The position numbers were made by a program, and so were the translations under genes. Of a DNA stretch of 15,021 nt, positions 6,897 to 14,506 are shown piece by piece. The notes below the pieces were generated by a model. It searched no databases. It had not been told where the DNA came from and saw nothing but the letters and a program-made list of their open reading frames with translations. Position 1 is the first letter of the stretch. Each line of letters begins with the position of its first letter. The DNA comes from Promethearchaeota archaeon (GTDB lineage Archaea > Asgardarchaeota > Lokiarchaeia > Sigyniarchaeales > SOKP01), in contig JBHLOC010000067.1 in the NCBI GenBank assembly GCA_048940925.1, positions 1 through 15,021 on the forward strand, written 5' to 3'.

Positions 6897-8039
6897 TTAA
6901 TTAACAAATTTAATCATTTCATCTATAATTCTATAATTAGGTACAATCAGTTCAGCGACTCCTGTTTCAGCAGCTACTTTTGGCATCCCATATAATATAC
7001 TAGTTTCTTCTGATTCTGCAATAGTTTTTCCACCTTCAGATTTAATTGCTTTAAGTCCTTTTACGCCATCAGAACCCATTCCTGTTAATAATATACCAAG
7101 GCATTTTTCCTTATAAACTCGCGCAGTTGAATAAAACAGAATGTCCACAGAAGGTCTGCAAAAGTTTACAGGTTCCCCTTCAAAAGTTCGTATGCAAGGT
7201 TTGTTATTTTTCACGGTAACTTGCATATGTTTATCTCCAGGAGAGATATAAATAATTCCAGGATAAAGTTCCTCATAATTCATACCAATTTTAACTTTAA
7301 CTTTACACATATTTCTAAGAGAAGTAGCAAATTGCCTCATAAATAGGTGATTTAAATGTTGAACCACTAATATTGGTGCTGGAAATCCTCTTGGAACTTC
7401 ACTAAATATTGTCCTTAGAGTTCTAGGTCCACCTACACTAGCGCCTATTACTATTATCTTTGTATCTAACTTTACAGAAGTAAGTGGTAAAAGTTCTAGA
7501 AAATATTCTTCGAATCTTTGTTCTTCTAACTTTTGTAGAACCCCTTTTGGCTTGGTTCTGATTTGAATTAGCGATTTTTGATTTTCGTGAATGACTCTAT
7601 TTTTGGTTGTCAATCCTATTTTATTACTCATTTTATGCTGTTTAGAGACGCCAACTAATAATATTTTTGAAATTAAATTATCTTTAATCTTCGGGAGCTC
7701 TTCTTTCCAAACTCCATGAGGTTTTATGATATAATCATTTGATTTTAAAATAGTTGGAATTTCATGTGAGTTCACCATTTGTGGATTTATATCAGTTAAA
7801 ATAATAATATGAACTAATTCTTTTTCAAATATTTTGTAAAATGGAATAAACCATTCGATATTTTCCAATTGGATGTCTAAAACTAATATTTCTGGAGTAT
7901 GCTTTTGAATTAGTGCAAAAGACTCATCATAATTCCTTGCAATATTAACAACATTAATATTTTCATTCGATGAAAGCATTTCTGCAATCATAGTTCTTCG
8001 AAATGCTGATTCTGAAGCAATTAATACTTTTATCGACAT
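6897..8039 (-). CDS. cheB: CheB-type protein-glutamate methylesterase with N-terminal atypical receiver domain
   Basis: Catalytic Ser/His/Asp motifs IGASVGGP, VVQHL and LTGMGSDG, plus CRPSVDILF and YGMPK. N-terminal REC-like region KVLIASESAFRR...VLDIQL...DYIIKP. ATG at 8039 (the track uses TTG 8042). Confidence 0.93.
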   Translation of the reverse strand: MSIKVLIASESAFRRTMIAEMLSSNENINVVNIARNYDESFALIQKHTPEILVLDIQLENIEWFIPFYKIFEKELVHIIILTDINPQMVNSHEIPTILKSNDYIIKPHGVWKEELPKIKDNLISKILLVGVSKQHKMSNKIGLTTKNRVIHENQKSLIQIRTKPKGVLQKLEEQRFEEYFLELLPLTSVKLDTKIIVIGASVGGPRTLRTIFSEVPRGFPAPILVVQHLNHLFMRQFATSLRNMCKVKVKIGMNYEELYPGIIYISPGDKHMQVTVKNNKPCIRTFEGEPVNFCRPSVDILFYSTARVYKEKCLGILLTGMGSDGVKGLKAIKSEGGKTIAESEETSILYGMPKVAAETGVAELIVPNYRIIDEMIKFVN

Positions 8040-8143
8040 CAATGGTATACTTATTTGCTATTCTAATAATAAAGTACATCTTTATATATATTAGGGGATA
8101 AAATGAGAAAGGAGTAGCTTTTTATTATTTGAAGAATTTGCAT

Positions 8144-8830
8144 TTATTTTTCTCTTTCTAAAATGACTTTATGCTGTATTTTACCAATTTTTTCTATAGT
8201 AGCTTCAATAACATCTTCAGGATGAATGGGACCTACACCACTTGGTGTACCTGTAGCAATAATATCATCAGGAACTAACGTAACATATTTTGAAAGATAT
8301 TCTAAGATTTCAGGAATTTTAAATATCAAATGTTTGGTATTAGATGATTGCTTGATTTCATTATTCACTTTAAGTTCAATTTTAAGATTATGAGGATTTT
8401 CAATATCTTTTTTAGGAATAATTTGTGGCCCTATAACTGAAAATGTATCAAAATTTTTACTTCGATACCATGGTAATTTAATATTTCGATCACTAATTTG
8501 CATTTTTCTCGCTGTAATATCAAGAAAAATTGTATATCCATTTATATACTCAAATGCTCTTTCAGCTGAAATTCTTTTACAAGGCTTAGAAATGATAAAA
8601 GCTAACTCGACTTCATGATCTACTCTATTGAATTCTTCATTTTCATAAAGAATTTGTGGATAGATTATTGGTTTTCCCTCAGAAATTAATGTGTTTAAAG
8701 TTTTTACGAAAAATACTGGTTCAGTGGGAATTGGAGCATTTGTTTCTTTTATATGATCTAAGTAATTCCTTCCCAAACAGATAATTTTTGTCGGTTTAAT
8801 TTCTAAATTTCCAATTCTGATAACTGACAT
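8144..8830 (-). CDS. Fumarylacetoacetate hydrolase (FAH/FAHD) family protein, copy 2
   Basis: KIICLGRNYLDHIKE, DHEVELA, LDITAR, SKNFDTF and DIIATGTPSGVG motifs. Confidence 0.93.
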   Translation of the reverse strand: MSVIRIGNLEIKPTKIICLGRNYLDHIKETNAPIPTEPVFFVKTLNTLISEGKPIIYPQILYENEEFNRVDHEVELAFIISKPCKRISAERAFEYINGYTIFLDITARKMQISDRNIKLPWYRSKNFDTFSVIGPQIIPKKDIENPHNLKIELKVNNEIKQSSNTKHLIFKIPEILEYLSKYVTLVPDDIIATGTPSGVGPIHPEDVIEATIEKIGKIQHKVILEREK

Positions 8831-9508
8831 TTAATCTTCCTCTAAAACTACTCTATTTGTTAAAGTTCCTATATTTTCAATTGTGGCTTGAATTAGATCT
8901 CCTGGTTTAATTGGACCAATTCCCCCTGGAGTCCCTGTTGCAATAATATCTCCCGATTCCATTGTAAAATATTTAGAAATATATTCCAAAATTTCAGGGA
9001 TTTTAAATAATAATTCTTTTGTATTTGAAGATTGCTTTATCTGTCCATTTACTTTTAATTCTATGTTTAAATTATGTGGATCACTAATTTCATCGGTTTT
9101 TGCTATTCTAGGACCAATTGGTCCAAAAGAATCAAATGATTTAGAGCGAAACCATGGTTTTTGAGATATAATATCTTTAGTTTGCATTTTACGTGCCGTT
9201 ACATCATTAAAAACTGTATAACCTAAGATATGTTCATACACATCAGAATTATCAACATTTTTGCATTTATTTTTTATAATAAATGCTAGTTCTACCTCAT
9301 AATCTACTCGATTATATCTTCTATTATTAAATAATAATTTTGGGTATATTATTGGTTGGTTATCTGTAATTAAACAGTTCAATGTCTTTGGAAATAGTAA
9401 CGGTTCTTTTGGAATCTCTAATTTAGTTTCTTCTATGTGATCCATATAATTAGTTCCTAAACAAATAATTTTAGTCGGATTTATAGAAATATCTCCAATT
9501 GTTATCAT
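8831..9508 (-). CDS. Fumarylacetoacetate hydrolase (FAH/FAHD) family protein, copy 1; probable start ATG 9508
   Basis: KIICLGTNYMDHIEE, DYEVELA, NDVTAR, SKSFDSF and GDIIATGTPGGIG motifs. ATG 9508 aligns its N-terminus with copy 2 (the track uses GTG 9517). Confidence 0.93.
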   Translation of the reverse strand: MITIGDISINPTKIICLGTNYMDHIEETKLEIPKEPLLFPKTLNCLITDNQPIIYPKLLFNNRRYNRVDYEVELAFIIKNKCKNVDNSDVYEHILGYTVFNDVTARKMQTKDIISQKPWFRSKSFDSFGPIGPRIAKTDEISDPHNLNIELKVNGQIKQSSNTKELLFKIPEILEYISKYFTMESGDIIATGTPGGIGPIKPGDLIQATIENIGTLTNRVVLEED

Positions 9509-9578
9509 ACATAGCACTTAAAATAAAAATAAATAACTAAACGATAAATTAAATAAATTTATATTACTTATAGATTTG

Positions 9579-10166
9579 ATGGAGGAGAAAGAGCTTAAAA
9601 GCCACTTAGAAGTGGAAGAAAAAGTACTGCTAAAAAATCAAATTAGTGAGATTTATAATTTTATTAAAATCGAAAAATTCTGTAAATTAATTCCTGAAGT
9701 AAGAACCAATATTGCTGGTGCCTTACAAAATGCAAAAGAAAAAGAAAATGTTGCTGGAATTGATGGAAGAATTACAATCGTTAACGGAATGCCTAAAGCT
9801 GCGGGAGAAATCAAATTTGGTGCTGCTGAACACACAGCTAGATTACTATTAACCGCAAAAAAATATGATAATACAATTAACTTTGTTATAAATCTAAAAT
9901 TTTCTCAGGAATTGATTGATAATATTAGTTCAAAAACTAAGTTACAATTAGTAGAAATAAAAAGAGAAGAACAACCTGAAGATATTAAGAGAAAAGAATT
10001 TTCTACTATGCAATGGTTAATAAAGAAATGTGTTAATAAAACAGGAAAAGTACCAGATATTATTTGGGATAAAGGTTCAATTGGAAAAGAACCAATGATA
10101 AGAATATTTGCAAAAAATTCGGCTGAATTGATAGAAAAACTCAAAAAAATCATCCAACTTATATAA
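9579..10166 (+). CDS. thiN: Stand-alone ThiN-type thiamine-phosphate synthase domain protein
   Basis: LIPEVRTNI, VAGIDGRI, FGAAEHTARLLL and PDIIWDKGSIGKEPMIRIF match the archaeal ThiN domain. There is no ThiD kinase or HTH N-terminal domain. Adjacent to thiW. Confidence 0.85.
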   Translation: MEEKELKSHLEVEEKVLLKNQISEIYNFIKIEKFCKLIPEVRTNIAGALQNAKEKENVAGIDGRITIVNGMPKAAGEIKFGAAEHTARLLLTAKKYDNTINFVINLKFSQELIDNISSKTKLQLVEIKREEQPEDIKRKEFSTMQWLIKKCVNKTGKVPDIIWDKGSIGKEPMIRIFAKNSAELIEKLKKIIQLI

Positions 10167-10241
10167 AGAAAAAGTTTATACCTTTTAAATTAAAATAACC
10201 TATTATATTAAATAAAATATTGAAATTTTTATTCGTATATT

Positions 10242-10799
10242 ATGAATGAAAGCGATTTGAGTGAAAGAAAAGCATTTCAAATTAATATTACAAAGAGAGT
10301 TGCAACTTCTGGAATTATGGTTGCTGTTGGTTTAGTTCTTAGTTATTTAAATCCATTTGCCTATTTCACTATATTTGGAGCAAGAATAAATCCATTTGCT
10401 CATGTTATAAATGCAATAATGGGGGTATTAGTAGGGATATCTTTTGCTCTAATTACCGCTACAATCTTAGCAATGCTTAGATTTTCTTTACAAATAGGTT
10501 CAATTCATGCATTCCACGGAGGGATGTCTGGTGCTCTAATTGTCGGGGTATTTGCGTATATTTTATGGAAAAAATATCCTAAATACGTAGAATTTGCTGC
10601 CTTGACTGAACCGATTGGAACTGTTTTCATTGGAGGCTCTATTGCGCAGTTAATTGCCCCAATAGGAGGGATTGAAGGATTATATATTTGGTGGGGATTG
10701 TTTGCTGCTAGTTGTATCCCTGGATGTATTTTAGGCTTTTTAATTCTCCTAGCTTTAAAGAGAGCCAATATTAGCAGAGTAGATTTTTTTGAAGAATAA
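10242..10799 (+). CDS. thiW: ECF transporter substrate-specific component, ThiW family (thiazole precursor)
   Basis: Small multi-pass membrane protein with PFAHVINAIMGVLVG, LRFSLQIGSIHAFHGGMSGALIVG and EPIGTVFIGG, matching the ThiW pattern; thiN neighbour. Confidence 0.82.
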   Translation: MNESDLSERKAFQINITKRVATSGIMVAVGLVLSYLNPFAYFTIFGARINPFAHVINAIMGVLVGISFALITATILAMLRFSLQIGSIHAFHGGMSGALIVGVFAYILWKKYPKYVEFAALTEPIGTVFIGGSIAQLIAPIGGIEGLYIWWGLFAASCIPGCILGFLILLALKRANISRVDFFEE

Positions 10800-11406
10800 A
10801 GGGAATATTTCCGATTTACTATCTCATCTTAAAAAATCTAATTTTAATGATTTTATAAGTCATAAAACTCTGTTATATGGAGACACAGATACAAAAAAAA
10901 CTTTTTATACGGCAAAATTTATCCAGTTTTTAATAGAGACTAAAAAAGTAAGTCCAAAAGATATATCCGTCCTAGATTTTGCTCCAAAGCTAAAAGTAAT
11001 ACAAAATGTAAGAATAGGTGGAAAAATCGAAGAATTCTATAAAAATTCAATAACTTGTAATAATATTACATTTGAGGGTAATATTATTCCACCTCGTCTA
11101 AATGCTCGAAATAAAGCAGAACTATATGAAATCGCTTGTAACAATTTCCAAAAAACTAAAAAAGTGTTAAAAATCTTTAATGAAAATCCAACCTCAATAC
11201 TCATAATTAATGATATCTCTCTATATCTTCATATAGGAAGTATTAAATTATTATTGGAATCAATTAATAGATCTGACACCTTTTTTGGAAATACATACTA
11301 TGGTACTTCTATAAAGAGTGATTTTTCTACTCTATTTAGCTTAAGAGAAATTCGATTAGTCAAATATTTAATCAAGAAAATTGAATTTTCGTATTTCACA
11401 GGATAA
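10789..11406 (+). CDS. Hypothetical protein with degenerate P-loop NTPase/kinase-like motifs
   Basis: TLLYGDTDTKKTFYT (Walker A-like, conserved Gly replaced by Lys) and ILIINDISLYLH (Walker B-like). The TTG start overlaps the thiW stop region by 11 nt. Confidence 0.6.
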   Translation: MKNKGNISDLLSHLKKSNFNDFISHKTLLYGDTDTKKTFYTAKFIQFLIETKKVSPKDISVLDFAPKLKVIQNVRIGGKIEEFYKNSITCNNITFEGNIIPPRLNARNKAELYEIACNNFQKTKKVLKIFNENPTSILIINDISLYLHIGSIKLLLESINRSDTFFGNTYYGTSIKSDFSTLFSLREIRLVKYLIKKIEFSYFTG

Positions 11407-11529
11407 TTCTCATAAAGATTTTGAAATTATATTTCAAAAATTACAAATAATTTACTCTCCCTCAAATTTTAGTATTTAGCATATAAACAAAAATTATTAT
11501 AATCAATTTAGTAAATTTTTGATTAAAGA

Positions 11530-12456
11530 ATGAATGTGGTAGCTAATTTTTCTAATTTTATGGTATTCGGATTAAAGGATTCCGGGGAAAGAGAAAGACT
11601 ATATCTAACAGAACAAGAATTCTCTAAGGAAAAGGGAAATAGTATCCTACAAGATTCCCAGGTTGTAATAATTGTAAAAGAAGAATCAAGAAGGATTTAT
11701 ATCTGGAAAGGTTATCAATCAACAGTTCGAAAAAAATTCATTGCTTCACGTGTTGCTCAAGAATTACAACAAGAATTAATGAATTCGGCTAACTTTCACC
11801 ATTGTAAAATAGTTTCGATCGATCAAGGAGATGAGCCTTCAGAATTCATAAATCTTTTTGGATTTAAGTTACATGAGACGCTTAATAAAAAAGAAACTAG
11901 GCAATCCCATTCCCCTACATTAAATAACCACATTACAGAAAATAAAATCTCAACAACAAAAACTTACATTAACCTAAATAATACTAGAGGATCTATAAAA
12001 AAAATAAGAAACTTACCCAATAAATCGAAAAAACAAATATTGAACAAAATCCTTCAAATGAGACTTCCCAGTGGTTATAAAAGAAATTATATTTTAATAG
12101 GAAATAATAACCTCTATGGAACTGTAACCAAAAAAACTGAAATATTTGGTAAAACGATTGAAGAATCAGGATGGGAACTTTTTAATAAACTCCCAATGGA
12201 GATAATTGAGTTAAAAAGTCATAAATTACGTGTACATTTTGATAAGGATTCAAGCATAATTGAAGTAATAGAAGTTCTGGAAAGAGAATCTCCAGTTAAG
12301 AAAGAGGAAAAATCAGAAGTAAAAATTGATCATAATAAATGGACAGTTAAACAATTAAAAGCTTTTTGCGCAAAGAATAATATTAAAGTTCCCTCTTCAT
12401 ATAGAAAAGCACAAATCATAAATCTTGTTGAAGATTACAATACATCAAAAATATAA
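11530..12456 (+). CDS. Gelsolin/villin-domain protein with a middle beta-rich domain and a C-terminal SAP/HEH-like motif
   Basis: VVIIV...RRIYIWKGYQST.RKKFIASRVA and IVSIDQGDEPSEFINLF match the gelsolin repeat pattern (IYxWxG..., QGxExxEF). C-terminal WTVKQLKAFCAKNNIKVPSSYRKAQIINLV. Confidence 0.8.
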   Translation: MNVVANFSNFMVFGLKDSGERERLYLTEQEFSKEKGNSILQDSQVVIIVKEESRRIYIWKGYQSTVRKKFIASRVAQELQQELMNSANFHHCKIVSIDQGDEPSEFINLFGFKLHETLNKKETRQSHSPTLNNHITENKISTTKTYINLNNTRGSIKKIRNLPNKSKKQILNKILQMRLPSGYKRNYILIGNNNLYGTVTKKTEIFGKTIEESGWELFNKLPMEIIELKSHKLRVHFDKDSSIIEVIEVLERESPVKKEEKSEVKIDHNKWTVKQLKAFCAKNNIKVPSSYRKAQIINLVEDYNTSKI

Positions 12457-12574
12457 ACTTGGGAATTTAATAAGATTGGAATTATTTATTGAAACTTTAT
12501 ATTTCATTTTTAACTCTTCTTTTTAAATAATTTTTTATAAAATAGTATTTGATTTATTTAAAAAAGATGATTCT

Positions 12575-13213
12575 ATGAAAAAATTAATATTATTTGGACC
12601 TCCTGGTGCTGGTAAAGGAACTTTCTCTTCTCAAATTAAGGAAGTTTTACCAGATATAGTGCATATTAGTACGGGAGATATCTTTAGAGAAAATTTAAAG
12701 AATGAAACCCCGCTTGGTTTAAAAGCTAAATCCTATATGGATAAGGGAGAATTAGTACCCGATGATGTTACTATTGAAATGGTCAAAGAAAGATTGAATC
12801 AAGAGGATGTGAAGAAAAATGGGTTTATTCTTGATGGATTTCCCCGTAATATTATTCAAGCAGAAGCGCTTTCTAAAATGGAAAAAATCGATAGAGTCAT
12901 TCTCCTTAATGTTCCTCCAGATATAATAATAAAGCGAATCCTTGGTCGGTATTCCTGCCCTAACTGTAATGAAATTTATAATAAATATTTTATGAAGCCT
13001 AAAAAAGAAGGAATTTGCGATAAATGTGGAGCTAAAATACAATTTACCCAAAGACCTGATGATACAGAAGAAACTCTACAAAATCGATTAGAAATATATG
13101 AGAAAAACACAAAACCGTTAATTAACTATTATAAAAAGCAAAAATTAGTCAAAGAAATTGATTACTCTAATAAATTACCTGAAAAAAAAGTAAAAAAAGT
13201 CATTGGAATATAA
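12575..13213 (+). CDS. adk: Adenylate kinase, long-LID (bacterial/eukaryotic-type) with Cys4 zinc site
   Basis: GPPGAGKGT, HISTGDIFR, GELVPD, GFILDGFPR, LID CPNC...CDKC and QRPDD. Confidence 0.95.
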   Translation: MKKLILFGPPGAGKGTFSSQIKEVLPDIVHISTGDIFRENLKNETPLGLKAKSYMDKGELVPDDVTIEMVKERLNQEDVKKNGFILDGFPRNIIQAEALSKMEKIDRVILLNVPPDIIIKRILGRYSCPNCNEIYNKYFMKPKKEGICDKCGAKIQFTQRPDDTEETLQNRLEIYEKNTKPLINYYKKQKLVKEIDYSNKLPEKKVKKVIGI

Positions 13214-13240
13214 AATTTTCACATTTTTTTTTGAGTAACC

Positions 13241-13993
13241 ATGCATCCAAATATTTGTATCCCTATACCTATCAACACATCTCAATTAGATGAAAATATA
13301 ACATCTATTAGAAAAATATTGGCTGAGAATCCTGAATTCATCGAATTTAGATTTGATTTCATTGATAATGTGGAAGAATTAACTAGTGAATTTATCTCTA
13401 AATTAATAAAAAGCATCAACACAGATGTCTCTACTATTTTTACATTTCGGGATTATTCGGAAGGAGGACATAATCAAATTAGTATAGATAAGCATTCATC
13501 TCTAATGAAATCTCTTATTGAAGCTCAACCAGATTATATTGATATCGAACTAAGAAGTAATATAATGCTATTAAACCAGATAATTAATTACGCAATCATA
13601 AATAGAGTAAAAATAATATTTTCGTATCACAATCTTGAAACCACTCCTCCTTATCAAGAAGCTTTAAATCTTATAAATTCATTAAAAAACAAAATAATTA
13701 ATGAATGTTCGCCCAATTTAAATGATTTACAAGATATAATATATAAATTTATTTTCACCGCTCAAACTTTTGAAGATAATTTAGTGGTTTTGAATCTATG
13801 CAAGTACTTTAGAGAAAAAAATCAAAAAATAATTTCATTTTGTATGGGAGAATTGGGAATTTTTTCGAGAATTGTGTGCACCTTAACTGGTTCTTTTTTA
13901 ACTTTTGCTTCGCTTGAAAAAACAACCGCACCAGGACAGCTTAATATTAAAAAAATGAAAGAATTTTACCGCTTAATCTCTATTAATCTTTAA
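13241..13993 (+). CDS. aroD: Type I 3-dehydroquinate dehydratase
   Basis: IEFRFD, IFTFR..SEGG, YIDIEL, SYHN, FCMGELGIFSR and TAPGQL motifs. Confidence 0.92.
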   Translation: MHPNICIPIPINTSQLDENITSIRKILAENPEFIEFRFDFIDNVEELTSEFISKLIKSINTDVSTIFTFRDYSEGGHNQISIDKHSSLMKSLIEAQPDYIDIELRSNIMLLNQIINYAIINRVKIIFSYHNLETTPPYQEALNLINSLKNKIINECSPNLNDLQDIIYKFIFTAQTFEDNLVVLNLCKYFREKNQKIISFCMGELGIFSRIVCTLTGSFLTFASLEKTTAPGQLNIKKMKEFYRLISINL

Positions 13994-14340
13994 ATTCTGT
14001 TCCCTAATGAATTTGAAACTATAGAGATTAAAAAATTGCGTATTAATATCCAATATGGTAATCTATTTTGACTTTTTATTTTATATTTATCAGCCACCAT
14101 TTAATAATATGTGATGAATAATCAAATTTAAATGATATAATTGGAAAAACTAAAATGATATTAAGGCGATTTATATCCATCCAATTTTTTAATATTTATG
14201 TATTTGATAAAAAGCTTCATATTACACAACTTTTTTGGAAAAATTTTGATTTTTACAAACTCTATTAAACATAGTATTAAGCTATTAAAGAGTAGAATGA
14301 AATAATTATTATTAAAATTATAAAAAGCCATACTTTTTCA

Positions 14341-14354
14341 AAAAAGTATTTAAA
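14341..14354 (+). promoter_or_regulatory. BRE/TATA-like promoter
   Basis: AAAAAG followed by TATTTAAA (14347-14354); standard archaeal spacing predicts a start site near 14376-14378. Confidence 0.45.
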
Positions 14355-14375
14355 AAATGCTAACCATTATTCATT

Positions 14376-14461
14376 GAAGAAAAGTGGGCTTAACTCAGCT
14401 TTCAAATCTGAAAGGGGAGATAAATATATTACGTGCGTATATAATTATGACCACTCTTCTC
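14376..14461 (+). ncRNA. Candidate structured RNA / 5' leader (three-way junction), family unrecognised
   Basis: Closing stem AGAAAAGUGG (14378-87) / CCACUCUUCU (14451-60) with one mismatch. Inner hairpin CUUUCA-AAUC-UGAAAG (14399-14414), extendable by CUC/GAG. Second hairpin AUAUAU/GUAUAU (14424-42). Locally more GC-rich than its flanks. Confidence 0.35.
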
Positions 14462-14506
14462 ATATAAGGTATTAGGTAGATTTTATATAAAAAAAATGAT
14501 TAGAAC

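Noticed and set aside
9509-10241. TPP riboswitch or ThiR operator upstream of thiN/thiW
   Set aside because: No GCUGAGA/CUGAU TPP core and no convincing palindrome in either short AT-rich spacer.
9653-10768. Minus-strand ORFs 9653-9835, 9905-10153 and 10505-10768
   Set aside because: Antisense shadows of thiN and thiW.
12752-13051. 99-aa minus-strand ORF
   Set aside because: Antisense to the well-supported adk.
13990-14100. 36-aa minus-strand ORF MVADKYKIKSQNRLPYW...
   Set aside because: Short, with no motif or clear SD; expected by chance. It cannot be excluded without homologues.
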